From a virus (Duplodnaviria; Caudoviricetes), in IMG/VR virus record IMGVR_UViG_3300027780_000014, positions 1 through 62,260 of that record: 62,260 nucleotides of DNA; one strand, written 5' to 3'. Every line of letters begins with the position of its first letter. Positions within the stretch are counted from its first letter, which is position 1. Both the position numbers and the translations under genes were made by a program. Below the pieces are notes generated by a model. That model was not told where the DNA came from. It saw only the letters and a program-made list of their open reading frames with translations, and made no database searches. This document shows, one piece after another, positions 46,261 to 56,393 of the stretch.

Positions 46261-46276
46261 ATATTATACCGCTACT

Positions 46277-47458
46277 TTATACTTCAGCAACAGTCTTAAG
46301 TAATGCTAAGCGCTCTGCTCGCAAAATCATAGTACCGTAGTACCACTTGATGCTGTAGAAGCCAGTCTCGCCGTATGGGTCAGAAGAACTGTGGTTCTCA
46401 CTAGGACGTACGTGCTTGATCTTAAACTTAACAGTCTTACCATCAGTTTGGAAACCGACAGTAGTAAACGCGCCATCACCAACAACTAACATTGGAAACA
46501 CGTCGTACTGAGCACTAGTTGAATGATAACCGGCATCATCAGCAGTTACTGCAGCGCCAACACCAGCAAACTTCATCATCTCAGGAACTTCAACGATGCG
46601 GAAAGCATCTACTGCACCAATTTCACCACGAATTACAGTGCCAGCCTGTGCGTACTGTGCAACAGGAATAAAAGCCTTGTTATTGTGGTAATCAGTCATT
46701 TTCATGAGTGCAGGAACTAACTCAGATCCAACGTACATAACACGAGCAGCGTTAACTACTTTAGTGTCTACCATCCGCGAACCAGAGATAACTTTGGTTT
46801 GCTTAGGCGTACGGTTATTGTTTAGCTCAATGCTTAACTTAACTAGATCATCATAATCTACTTTAGTAATACCAGCAGTTTCGCCAGACAATGTTGCATT
46901 ACTAGTTGCAACACCTGCGTAACGAACTACACCAGCACCGTTTAACAAATCAATCTGAAGTTGGTCTTCAGTGATTTCGTTAGCAGCTTTAACAGACTCA
47001 GTAGTAAGATGCTGCATTAGCTCTGAATCAGAATCAAAGTCCATAGACTCCTGAGAGTACTCATCGAAGAAACCAAACTTCTCAATAGTACCTTCTAATT
47101 CTAAACGCTTCATACCAACGCGGTTAACACGGCCACCAGCTTCAGTTAAAGCAGGGATTTTAGCAGTAATAACACCGACGTCTTTAGAAGAGCCATACAA
47201 GTTACCGTTTGCATAAGAAGCACCGGCACCATCAAGACCTTGTCCAGTGACGTTACGATCGTCTAAAATAGGCATGTAATGGAAACGTTTAATGGTTTTA
47301 CCCATGTTCTTAGGCATTGCAGTAACGTCAGCTAACTGGCCAAAGTATTGCTCTTTTGCGGCTTCTACGAGAGCCTTTTTCGCGTAGAAATCCGTCCTAA
47401 TCTGACCACCAACGTCAGAGGCTGTCCCACCTTTGGGATCGTTATATGTCAAACTCAT
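46277..47458 (-). CDS. major capsid protein (N4 gp56-like)
   Basis: YNDP.GG, MPKNMGK.IK..HY.P.LDDRN, GNLYGSSKD and DPYGETGF.SIKWYYG; start 47458 or 47464. Confidence 0.96.
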   Translation of the reverse strand: MSLTYNDPKGGTASDVGGQIRTDFYAKKALVEAAKEQYFGQLADVTAMPKNMGKTIKRFHYMPILDDRNVTGQGLDGAGASYANGNLYGSSKDVGVITAKIPALTEAGGRVNRVGMKRLELEGTIEKFGFFDEYSQESMDFDSDSELMQHLTTESVKAANEITEDQLQIDLLNGAGVVRYAGVATSNATLSGETAGITKVDYDDLVKLSIELNNNRTPKQTKVISGSRMVDTKVVNAARVMYVGSELVPALMKMTDYHNNKAFIPVAQYAQAGTVIRGEIGAVDAFRIVEVPEMMKFAGVGAAVTADDAGYHSTSAQYDVFPMLVVGDGAFTTVGFQTDGKTVKFKIKHVRPSENHSSSDPYGETGFYSIKWYYGTMILRAERLALLKTVAEV

Positions 47459-47485
47459 AATCATACACCTTCTATTAAATAGTGA

Positions 47486-48688
47486 TTAAACAAACTTACT
47501 AGCAGACATCTTCTCAAATTCTTCATCACTCATACTGAGCACGTCAAATTGAGGAGCTGTTTTACTAGTCTTACTTTTCGTAGAACCTGCAGCTTTTCGC
47601 TTATTAGCCAGCTTTGGGTCTACGGGATTGTTTGTCTTATTAACACTATTTGATTTAGATGTACTAACTGGTTGGGTTGGGGTGGCCTGTACAGGGTCAC
47701 CAAAACCTCCATTAGAATTGATCGCATCGCCTACTTGTTTATAAGCCTCAATATCAGAAAGACCACTTAGTCTCCCTAAAATTCGCTCCCGTTCTACTAC
47801 TTCACTTACTTTTTTGTATATCCCAGATCCAACATGCTCGTTGATAACCTTAATTATATTAGGGTCTTTGGCGATCATATCTTTGGACGCTTCGTCCCAC
47901 TTATTACCAATGATATCAATAGTAGTGTTAAAAGAACTTGTGTCTCGAATGTCATCGAGTATTCCGTCTAGTGCTACTTCGTTATCAGAGACATTGTAAG
48001 CATTGGGTTTATACGCAATATTTTCAGTGTCAATATCTAATGGATCAAGTCCACTATCCTTCACTAACTTCTTGACTGCTTCAGGATCTTTTTTACTGAG
48101 ATCAATCAAGTAGCTAAGTTTCTCTTCGTCTAGCAAGCCATGGTTGTCTAACATTTTAACCATTTTAAGATTAGGCTTTAAAGCAGCCATCTTCTTGTTA
48201 TAGTTAGCACCCATTTGCATCAATGACCTGGCATCTTCTACCGTGTCTACTTTGATGTCCTTACCATTAGCCTTAAATGGGCTAAGTAACTCTTCATACT
48301 GAACTTTATAGTCTATTTCCCCTTTAGAGTCAATATCAGCTTCTGTACTGTCTCTAGAACCATCGTCTGAAGGGTTTTCAGTATCGTTAGTATCATCTGT
48401 AACAACTTCTTCAGATGCAGCTTCAGGGACTGTACCAGCCCCTTCAGCTGCTTCATCTGTACTGTCATCATCAGATGCATGTTCTTCATCATTGTCTTCA
48501 TTTTCTTCTTCCTCAGTTTCTTCAGTTTCTTCTAAGGTATTTTCTTCTACCTCATCTTCGACTTCGTCTTCTGGAGGTGAAGTAGCAATTTCTTCTTCTG
48601 ATTCTAACCGAGCCATTTCTGCTGCAATAGCATCATTAACTTCGTCATCAGGTAAATCTAAAGGATTAACAGCAGCTGATTCTGACAT
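47486..48688 (-). CDS. N4 gp57-like protein (scaffold-like; often annotated tape measure)
   Basis: Very acidic N-terminus, PFKANGK, LMQMGANY.KKM and MSDEEF. Confidence 0.87.
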   Translation of the reverse strand: MSESAAVNPLDLPDDEVNDAIAAEMARLESEEEIATSPPEDEVEDEVEENTLEETEETEEEENEDNDEEHASDDDSTDEAAEGAGTVPEAASEEVVTDDTNDTENPSDDGSRDSTEADIDSKGEIDYKVQYEELLSPFKANGKDIKVDTVEDARSLMQMGANYNKKMAALKPNLKMVKMLDNHGLLDEEKLSYLIDLSKKDPEAVKKLVKDSGLDPLDIDTENIAYKPNAYNVSDNEVALDGILDDIRDTSSFNTTIDIIGNKWDEASKDMIAKDPNIIKVINEHVGSGIYKKVSEVVERERILGRLSGLSDIEAYKQVGDAINSNGGFGDPVQATPTQPVSTSKSNSVNKTNNPVDPKLANKRKAAGSTKSKTSKTAPQFDVLSMSDEEFEKMSASKFV

Positions 48689-48689
48689 G

Positions 48690-49022
48690 TTACAGCTCCT
48701 CTGCTAAAAGTTCTTGACGAGTTTCTTCGTCTTCTTTAATTCCCTGCTCTGCCATTCGACCTATTTGCATAACAGTATTTAGGTATTGTCTAAAATGACC
48801 AACAGCTGTAATTCCATCATCAATAGTTTTTTGTAAACTATCACTTTGCATAGCAGGATCAGCACGTAAAATAACTAAACGACTTGCTTCATCTACAAAA
48901 TAACCAGTATCTACTAACCCTTGAAAATCTTTATTACTTATAAGACGTAATAAACTTTCCATTTTAGCTACGTCTTTACGTGCAGAGTCAATACTAACTT
49001 CAATTTGCTCAATTTCATTCAT
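48690..49022 (-). CDS. N4 gp58-like protein
   Basis: RL..N.DF..L...GYF..EA.RLV; position between portal and gp57. Confidence 0.82.
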   Translation of the reverse strand: MNEIEQIEVSIDSARKDVAKMESLLRLISNKDFQGLVDTGYFVDEASRLVILRADPAMQSDSLQKTIDDGITAVGHFRQYLNTVMQIGRMAEQGIKEDEETRQELLAEEL

Positions 49023-49087
49023 TTCAATTTACCTTTGTGTCCCCCAGCTTTACCTGTAGGTTATCTTGGTTAAGTTTAAATACGAGG

Positions 49088-51154
49088 TTATTGTGCCTCG
49101 GCACCTTTTAACATTCCGTCTGCAGCTTTTAAATCTAACTGCGCACGTCTGTCAAAATCTTTCTTCTGTAACTCTTTATCTACATCAACTCCAGATTCAC
49201 GTTCTAAAAACGCTAAATCTTCAGTATCTGATTTACTCTCTAAGTTACGAGTTTTAGCCATCTTAAGTTGGACGTCTACTTGATTTTCTTGGGCTTTAGC
49301 ATTTTCGTTAGCAACTTGTGCTCTTAACAGCTCAACTTCTAATGTAGCTCTTTCTTCTTCAAGTGGATTAGGTTGTGGCTGATATTCTTTAATTCGTTTA
49401 GCTAATGCTGGCATTTTACGAAGCATAGCAATTTCTTCCAATAGCATCTGACCCATAGATGGATCCATAGAGTTACCCATAGTCTGTAGCATAAATGCTA
49501 ACTCTTGAGCTTTCTCGTTATCTGTTTCAGCAGTGCTAATAGTTAATCTAAGATCAAAGTTACCTGCTAAATCATCTCTACGTACTTGAACAAACTCGTC
49601 GTTTGTAATGCGTATAGTTTCTTCTTCCGATAAAAATTCTGCATTCATTGCTAAAATCTTACGGCCAGCTTCACTAATACAAGTAGCTAATCGACGTAAG
49701 ATACCTAGCTCACGCTTACTTGTAGCGTCTAGTGTTCCACGAATGCCGGTAGCTGTATTGCCAAGTGCTTGACCACTTAAGCCAGAAGAAAATGCTTTAA
49801 CACCTGTTAGTGATTCTGCTTCTTGATTTTGTAGCCCTATCATTGTTTCAGCTGACTTAGGAATTTCCGGGTAAGCACCCATATGAAATGCCTGACGTGG
49901 ATCTACCTGGGCGTTAAATTCATAATCTAAACCTCGCTCATACTTACGACGGTTAGTTACATCAAGAGCATCTTTACGTATTCCTAGTTGTCCGTTAGCT
50001 GAGCGGCCCATGATATCAATCATGCCACGAGTTACAGCACCTACAATTTTTTGATTATCTTCTAGTAATGCACCATCTGGTTCACCATAGCTAGAGTTAC
50101 GCTTAGGTAACATCTGAGCCATGACAAACGGAATCTTTTGATCTGGGAATGGATTCGATTCCATTCTAATTATTGTGTCACCTACATAAGTAGCAACAAT
50201 AGGCTCTACTATGCCTGTTTTATTAATATCCCAATAACCCCAATACTCATACGCAACAAACTTCTGACGAGGTTTATCTTTAAAATTAAATACAGCTTCT
50301 TCCATAGTAGAGTGATGATCTGGCTCAGATAATAGTGAGTTACCAGAAACATTAATTTTATCTAGATTAGTATATCTACCATCTTTCTTAAGATCAGAAA
50401 GATCTGTTTCAAAGCTGTAAATTAAAAATTGTGCTTTTTCTAGATCACCTTTACAAGTAGGATCTACTAACACGTTATCTATATTACATACTTCAAGAGT
50501 AGGACAATTTTTAATGATTTGAGTTTCCTCAACCATCTCTGTCCCTATTTGTATTTGTTCTACCGGGGGCATTCCCTGAGCAGCCATCTGAGCTGCCATC
50601 ATTGGATCCTGTATTTGGATCTCTTCCATAATAGGTTGTTCTACTTCTACAATCTTGTCTTCGTAATCCCAACCAACTCTTACAATAACTGTACCTTCGT
50701 CAACAGCAGCTCTTATAAATTCATCAATAAAACGATTCTTTTTAATTTTAGTATTAAACTGGTTGTTTAAAACTAATTGATTTTGTATAGCACTTGCTTT
50801 GTCTTCAAAAGTAATGGGCTCTACATTAAATACATCATCTGTAGATAAGAATGGTTCGCTAAGCGCAGCATAGCGCCATTCAGCTTGTTTGCGAATTAAC
50901 TTAGGCGCTACAGCGCTACGCCCCGTGCGCTTTGCAATCTTAGCACTGCCTTCTATATTAAGATTATCTGTCCATGTCCTAACTTTGGCTAACTGTAATT
51001 GATGAGCAGGCAAAGCTTCAGTGTAGTCAGCTTTAAGATCAGCTACTTTAGGAGCATTTTCCCAATCAGCTAATTCAACAGTACTTTCACTGTATAGATT
51101 TTTATCAGATGTTTCATCTGAATATATCACTTGATCATCAAACTTTTCGGACAT
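49088..51154 (-). CDS. portal protein (N4 gp59-like)
   Basis: PKLIRKQAEWRYAALSEPF, AESLTGVKAFS and KRELGILRRLA. Confidence 0.95.
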   Translation of the reverse strand: MSEKFDDQVIYSDETSDKNLYSESTVELADWENAPKVADLKADYTEALPAHQLQLAKVRTWTDNLNIEGSAKIAKRTGRSAVAPKLIRKQAEWRYAALSEPFLSTDDVFNVEPITFEDKASAIQNQLVLNNQFNTKIKKNRFIDEFIRAAVDEGTVIVRVGWDYEDKIVEVEQPIMEEIQIQDPMMAAQMAAQGMPPVEQIQIGTEMVEETQIIKNCPTLEVCNIDNVLVDPTCKGDLEKAQFLIYSFETDLSDLKKDGRYTNLDKINVSGNSLLSEPDHHSTMEEAVFNFKDKPRQKFVAYEYWGYWDINKTGIVEPIVATYVGDTIIRMESNPFPDQKIPFVMAQMLPKRNSSYGEPDGALLEDNQKIVGAVTRGMIDIMGRSANGQLGIRKDALDVTNRRKYERGLDYEFNAQVDPRQAFHMGAYPEIPKSAETMIGLQNQEAESLTGVKAFSSGLSGQALGNTATGIRGTLDATSKRELGILRRLATCISEAGRKILAMNAEFLSEEETIRITNDEFVQVRRDDLAGNFDLRLTISTAETDNEKAQELAFMLQTMGNSMDPSMGQMLLEEIAMLRKMPALAKRIKEYQPQPNPLEEERATLEVELLRAQVANENAKAQENQVDVQLKMAKTRNLESKSDTEDLAFLERESGVDVDKELQKKDFDRRAQLDLKAADGMLKGAEAQ

Positions 51155-51219
51155 GTCGTCTATACCTTAAATAATTGCTGTATCGTACCACATACTAGAT
51201 ACATAATATAATCTTGAGC

Positions 51220-51660
51220 CTATTTCAACTTAATGCCGCTAAGCTTTCCTGAGACTAATTTAGTAAGTAATCCACGCATACCAAACTTAACAACATATAC
51301 ACCTATAACCAAATACTGATACCAGTCTGGCATAGAAGCAAATGATTCAAATGCTGCTGTAACTTCTTCTTGATAACCTACAAATGAAGCTGCTATAGGG
51401 ATTAACAATAGCCCAATCATAATTTCGTCTAATAGTGATTTATCCATTTGCTTCATGGCTACAAGATCTAAATTAAAATCTTGAGTTTGTCCATTATCTG
51501 CCAACTTATGAGCAGCTTTAGCATTAGCAACTTTTACATCTGCTTCTGCTTCAATACCTATAATAGCTGCAGCAGACTTAGCCTTAGCAACATTATTCTT
51601 ACCTTCAAGATATGTTTTACCAAGACTTGCAATAGGATTTAAAAAACTTAAGAAACTCAT
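51220..51660 (-). CDS. putative holin-like membrane protein (3TM type)
   Basis: DE + TM, then MPDWYQYL...V..FG.RG; adjacent to the endolysin. Confidence 0.6.
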   Translation of the reverse strand: MSFLSFLNPIASLGKTYLEGKNNVAKAKSAAAIIGIEAEADVKVANAKAAHKLADNGQTQDFNLDLVAMKQMDKSLLDEIMIGLLLIPIAASFVGYQEEVTAAFESFASMPDWYQYLVIGVYVVKFGMRGLLTKLVSGKLSGIKLK

Positions 51661-51662
51661 AA

Positions 51663-52049
51663 CTAGTCCTTAATTTCAAAATGAGGCATATCTTGCCACG
51701 AATTCCACAAACCACCCCATTTAAGCTCGTAGCCTAATTGAGCAGATGCTTGTAACATAGCTGTAGCAATATGAGTAAGATGCAAATGATCCCAACTAGC
51801 TTTCCCATCTACGTACGCATATACATCTACTGCTTTACCTGTTTGATGGTAGGACTTATTAGTCCTTCCATCGCACTTAGATTTGCCGGCAGTAAATAAC
51901 GCTGCTTGATCTTCAGTAGTTCGCAATCCTCCAGAAGAAGGAATACCAAAATCAATGTTAGATAACTTAATAGCAACTTCTACAATATCCATAAGCCTGC
52001 TATCAATGCCGGCCATATTTATTACACTGTTCTTACCTAATTGAAACAT
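51663..52049 (-). CDS. endolysin, M15 L-Ala-D-Glu peptidase
   Basis: GLRT..DQ, SYHQTGKAVD, WGG.W and DMPHFE. Confidence 0.93.
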   Translation of the reverse strand: MFQLGKNSVINMAGIDSRLMDIVEVAIKLSNIDFGIPSSGGLRTTEDQAALFTAGKSKCDGRTNKSYHQTGKAVDVYAYVDGKASWDHLHLTHIATAMLQASAQLGYELKWGGLWNSWQDMPHFEIKD

Positions 52050-52051
52050 AA

Positions 52052-52336
52052 TTATCCCCTCATCATAAATACTGCAATGCTTGTAGCAGCTGAAACCAAA
52101 GCTGCTATTAATATTCTAACAAACCATTCATTAGCCCCAGTAGACTTATCTACTACAGCTAGCTTTACAGCATGTTTATCTAAGGTATCGCTATGTTTAT
52201 TTAAACGATTATCTTGTGTGTTGTTATGATTAAGTATTCCATCAATTTTAGTATCAATTTCAACTAGTTTGACCATAGCGTCTGCTAGTTTATCAATCTT
52301 GGCTTCTAACCTGTCGAACCTAGCATCAACTTCCAT
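52052..52336 (-). CDS. coiled-coil plus C-terminal TM protein (holin/XhlA-like)
   Basis: AGGTG SD supports MEVDARFDRLEAKIDKL at 52336; single C-terminal TM. Confidence 0.65.
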   Translation of the reverse strand: MEVDARFDRLEAKIDKLADAMVKLVEIDTKIDGILNHNNTQDNRLNKHSDTLDKHAVKLAVVDKSTGANEWFVRILIAALVSAATSIAVFMMRG

Positions 52337-53540
52337 GCGAATCACCTGTGGTATTTTGACTAATTCTATCACTGTTGAGCTCCGTAATACCGACTTTGTG
52401 CCGTATATATTCACCGTGTTCACAGTGAAGAACTACGCACGTCATAGATCTATCAGATCCATATCCAGAATCAGCATGCCAATTGTCTACTGGACTCAAT
52501 ACATTCCAGCTTTCAACCACCATACCACCAATCTCTTTAGCCGTCTTGTGATGGATATGGCCCATCCAACAAAAACGATGTTCAGTTTCACCCCATTGCT
52601 TAGACATAGTGCGAGTAACGTGCTCATATACTTTTTGAGGTGTCATTCTATCACCATGATGTGTAACTATTAAATTTGATCCAAACTTATACGATACAAA
52701 CTTAGACACATTATCTAGCACCTCTACACGAGGATCGTCCTCATACAAAACTTTCATCATAATATTAAGAGACAATGCAGCATCTCTATCATGATTACCA
52801 CGGGCATTTAAAATTATTACTTTTTCATGCTTCTTTAGCATCATAGTAACAACTAATCTTATTAGAGCTCCTGCTGATTCATATGCTCTACTAAAATGCC
52901 CATCAACATCTAATATATGTCCACTTTGTGTGGTGTTAGTAGCATCATTTGCGTGTAAAAAATCACCTAAATTTACTAGTAATCCAGTCTGGGAATCTAC
53001 TCCCCTGGTTATCAGCTTATCAAAAGCTTCTACTAACAAAGACTCTGCTTTGTCAATGTTGTAATCTTCTCCGCCTGTAATTGCGGCATGTGCCAACATC
53101 CCTAGATGATGGTCTCCTATAACATAACACGACATTAAGTCAGTATTAGTATTAATAGGTTTAGTAATAACAGTATGTTTACCTGTTAAATCTTCTGCTA
53201 AACCTTGAGCAAATGCTTTTATAGCTTCAAGCTCTGCTCCTTTCTTTAAGTCTGTTTTGACCCATTGACGTGATAAGTTTCCTTTATCATCATAATAACT
53301 ACTAACACCTTTAACAATATGTGTATCAGGTGCTGTGTGCGTCATGTCGTGTTCAGGCGAATAACCTTGCTTAGCCGCTTTTGCTTGCACTCTGCGTATA
53401 CATGAATACACAGTGGCTTCTGATAATTTTAAATTCTTTGCTGCCTGTGCTTTAGTCTTGGTTAATATAAGTGCTTCTAGTATTTCTAACTGTCTGGGCG
53501 ATGCCCATTCCTTCAGTGAACTATAATCCATATTTTTCAA
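52326..53540 (-). CDS. HTH plus calcineurin-like metallophosphoesterase
   Basis: GDHHLG, LGDFLH, GNHD, HHGD and GHIHH; N-terminal AAKNLKLSEATV HTH. Confidence 0.87.
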   Translation of the reverse strand: MKNMDYSSLKEWASPRQLEILEALILTKTKAQAAKNLKLSEATVYSCIRRVQAKAAKQGYSPEHDMTHTAPDTHIVKGVSSYYDDKGNLSRQWVKTDLKKGAELEAIKAFAQGLAEDLTGKHTVITKPINTNTDLMSCYVIGDHHLGMLAHAAITGGEDYNIDKAESLLVEAFDKLITRGVDSQTGLLVNLGDFLHANDATNTTQSGHILDVDGHFSRAYESAGALIRLVVTMMLKKHEKVIILNARGNHDRDAALSLNIMMKVLYEDDPRVEVLDNVSKFVSYKFGSNLIVTHHGDRMTPQKVYEHVTRTMSKQWGETEHRFCWMGHIHHKTAKEIGGMVVESWNVLSPVDNWHADSGYGSDRSMTCVVLHCEHGEYIRHKVGITELNSDRISQNTTGDSHGS

Positions 53541-53609
53541 CTTATAATTAATGTATATATATTATACACATATGTTTACCCTAATTAATAGTTACCTTAA
53601 TTAAGCTAA

Positions 53610-54044
53610 TTATAGAATCCCTTTTATATAAATTAGAACACCGACAAATGCAGCTAAAAAAATTACAATTAATATTGTTATTGCTAAACCTGTTTCTACA
53701 TTGTTCTTTATCTTTTTGTTTCTTATCCTTTGTTTTGCTGCTTCAGCTTTTTGTTTTTCAAAAAACTCATCTCTAAATTGTTGATACTTGTAGTAACCAA
53801 GAAGTCCCTGTTTATTTAACATCCATTCTAATTCTTTTTCTTGCCTTTCTATTGCTTGCTTTGCCTGATAAGCAGCTAGTACGTCACCTGTACCTAGCTT
53901 TGCTTTTTGTTCAATAGCTTGGCTTGCACCAAAGTATTTAGTTAAAGCTGAACCAGCATCTGCTATCTCTTTACCGTTAGATAAAGTTTGTTTAATAACT
54001 TGAAATGCAGCATTGGCTATAGCTAGTTCAGCTAACATATCCAT
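53610..54044 (-). CDS. protein with C-terminal TM anchor
   Basis: AGGAG SD; helical; C-terminal hydrophobic segment. Confidence 0.75.
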   Translation of the reverse strand: MDMLAELAIANAAFQVIKQTLSNGKEIADAGSALTKYFGASQAIEQKAKLGTGDVLAAYQAKQAIERQEKELEWMLNKQGLLGYYKYQQFRDEFFEKQKAEAAKQRIRNKKIKNNVETGLAITILIVIFLAAFVGVLIYIKGIL

Positions 54045-54214
54045 AATCTCCTTGTATACTCTTGTGGAATTCCGTAAGGCTCCCTAGAAGGTTGCACTAC
54101 AAGATACTCCGCATTTACTTTGTAAGTCTGTGGCTCAACAAGAAGCCTTTGACCTACAGGTGCCAAATCAGGTGACACATGTACTGGGTACAATTCTAAA
54201 GGACTAGACCACAT
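54032..54214 (-). CDS. hypothetical protein
   Basis: TAATG-coupled to the upstream gene. Confidence 0.55.
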   Translation of the reverse strand: MWSSPLELYPVHVSPDLAPVGQRLLVEPQTYKVNAEYLVVQPSREPYGIPQEYTRRLWIC

Positions 54215-54444
54215 TAAATACTTTGTTTATTTTGTACACAAAATACAATTGTGGTCTGTATATCTGTATCCTTTTTTAAAGAATAACCAAGTAAAGGACT
54301 AACAACAAATTTGTAATCTAACTTTTTACCTATTTCTGCTAGCTCTAATCTACATGCTTTAAGAGTTGGATAACTATAAACTATTACAGGCATTGCAGGC
54401 TCTTTAGCGTCTATTAATATAGTAGCAATAATAATAGACCACAT
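54214..54444 (-). CDS. small protein with hydrophobic N-terminus and Cys pair
   Basis: MWSIIIATIL...Y.TL.AC...C. Confidence 0.6.
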   Translation of the reverse strand: MWSIIIATILIDAKEPAMPVIVYSYPTLKACRLELAEIGKKLDYKFVVSPLLGYSLKKDTDIQTTIVFCVQNKQSI

Positions 54445-54447
54445 GTA

Positions 54448-54558
54448 TTAATACCCTGGTCTTGCTTTCTTTTTTTTATGCTTTGCGCCTGCCATTACAC
54501 TGCCATCAGGCATTACATGTGTTTTTTTAGGAACAGATTTTTTCTTTGGTGCTGCCAT
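54448..54558 (-). CDS. 36-aa basic peptide with HxMPDGxxMxG motif
   Basis: AGGAG SD; MAAPKKKSVPKKTHVMPDGSVMAGAKHKKKKARPGY; below the track cutoff. Confidence 0.7.
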   Translation of the reverse strand: MAAPKKKSVPKKTHVMPDGSVMAGAKHKKKKARPGY

Positions 54559-54583
54559 ACTATTCTCCTACCATTTAATTTTA

Positions 54584-54838
54584 TTACTCAGGATCTGCTT
54601 CTGCTTCTGGCTCAACCCAATCTGGGTTAGCAGCCCATGTTGTGCCATCAAAAGTGTGTTTGCATCCAGCCCAACCAGAGGGAGATGTTACGCCCTCAAC
54701 CAAGGTACAGTTACTTGTATTCATATCTCCAATAATAAAATTAGGAGTTGTAATAGAATCTGCACCCATAGTAATAGCCACTGAATTAGCAAACATATAC
54801 TTGCTGATGTTTGTGTCGTTCTCAATAATCGTCTTCAT
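54584..54838 (-). CDS. putative tail fibre assembly protein
   Basis: Small protein after a fibre gene, W.G.K..FDGTTW..NPDW. Confidence 0.6.
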   Translation of the reverse strand: MKTIIENDTNISKYMFANSVAITMGADSITTPNFIIGDMNTSNCTLVEGVTSPSGWAGCKHTFDGTTWAANPDWVEPEAEADPE

Positions 54839-54839
54839 G

Positions 54840-56393
54840 TTAAATACCCTTCAATAAAATTGATGTTGCTGATAATGCTTTGCCTACTTCAACTGTTGTT
54901 GCTACGGCAGATGTTCCTAACGTAGCGTCACCTTGAACATAATAAATAGCGCTTGGAGTTAAACCTGATTGATTTTTAGACGTACCTCCTTGTAACGTTA
55001 TTGTGGCAGTTTGCCCGTCAGTATATGCAGCTGTTGTAACACCTAAAAAGTTAGAAGCAGTTATGTTACTGGTCGATGTATCGTAAGCAAAATTACCCAC
55101 ACCAACTTTACCAATACTCCCGCCTGAATTTGAAGAGTACGCATAGACATATGTAGCCAAATTATTTAGTTGTGGATGATGAGCAACGTTGTTTCCACTA
55201 CCATTATCGCTAGCATTAATTATAGTTCCATAACTTATAACTGTTCCATTCAGACCCGCTGGTATTAATTTGTCAACGTTAGGCCAGTTACCACTACGAA
55301 TCAAAAGTGTGTTTGCTGTTAAATGATCAAAAACAATAGAAGGTTGATGATTACTAGCTGATAAATATACTACTGGGGTTCCAATAGTGTAAGACGAACC
55401 AGTTATTTGACCCACTCTACCTGTGCCATAGTTAGAATTGGGGCCATCTTTATACGCCATAACAAACCTGCCTGCGTTTGCGGCATGTGGATCAAATTTA
55501 ATGTCAATATTATCAGCTGACCCAGATGTTATTAACAAAGCTGAACCAAAAGTAATTGAATTGCCAGAAACACTTCCTATTTTTAAATACGTGTGGTTAC
55601 TGCTATCTTTAGACGCTGACATGAACTGTCCAGCAACATGAGGATTAAATGCTATACAACCTAAGTTACCTCCGGGATTCATAGTAGCAGGAGATCCCAT
55701 AGTTATGGACGACCCACTTACTTGAATAATCACAGCTTCATTATTACCGGAACCGTTGTAATCTCTATACGCCATCATAAAGCGCCCAGCAGTGTTAGGG
55801 TCTACAGTTAATTGATTTTTAGTAAACGTGTAAGTAGTTGCTGAGTTAAAAGCAACTCCCGTACCTACAGAAATAGATGTACCTGTAACTGTTAAAACTT
55901 TTGCCATTGCGTAAACAGTAGGTGTATTAGCGTAATAAGTAACAAGAAGACTTCCTGTTACGCTTGGATCTCCCTTCAAACAAAAGCCGCTGAGTGTATT
56001 CGAAGCAAAAGTAACTGGTGTACCCCAAGTAATAGCAGTGCCATTTATAGTCCCAACTATAGCCACACCTGTTGGCAAAGAGGATGGAGTTTTATACGCA
56101 ACAACAATTTTATTGAGACCTGCTGGAGCAATTAGTAAGTCTAACCCATAGCTATTAGTTGAAGGAATCTGATACTCAGTAGTAGCATTATGACGCGCTA
56201 TGTCACTTGATCCAGAAACGGCAACTGTTTCAATAGTTCCGTCTGATTTAAGCACTACAGCTGTGCCATTAGGCAAAGTTCCAGAAGCTACAAACGTAGC
56301 TTCTCCGCCTATAGTGTCACTATCAGCATACTTGGTTGGTTTAACTGAGCCGTCTGTGTTCAACAAAGTTGCTAGGTTTCTTGCCTTACTCAT
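54840..56393 (-). CDS. tail fibre/appendage protein with propeller-like repeats
   Basis: MSKARNLA start; about six G.(V/I).G..I(T/S).G blades; shares its module with 58988-62260. Confidence 0.8.
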   Translation of the reverse strand: MSKARNLATLLNTDGSVKPTKYADSDTIGGEATFVASGTLPNGTAVVLKSDGTIETVAVSGSSDIARHNATTEYQIPSTNSYGLDLLIAPAGLNKIVVAYKTPSSLPTGVAIVGTINGTAITWGTPVTFASNTLSGFCLKGDPSVTGSLLVTYYANTPTVYAMAKVLTVTGTSISVGTGVAFNSATTYTFTKNQLTVDPNTAGRFMMAYRDYNGSGNNEAVIIQVSGSSITMGSPATMNPGGNLGCIAFNPHVAGQFMSASKDSSNHTYLKIGSVSGNSITFGSALLITSGSADNIDIKFDPHAANAGRFVMAYKDGPNSNYGTGRVGQITGSSYTIGTPVVYLSASNHQPSIVFDHLTANTLLIRSGNWPNVDKLIPAGLNGTVISYGTIINASDNGSGNNVAHHPQLNNLATYVYAYSSNSGGSIGKVGVGNFAYDTSTSNITASNFLGVTTAAYTDGQTATITLQGGTSKNQSGLTPSAIYYVQGDATLGTSAVATTVEVGKALSATSILLKGI

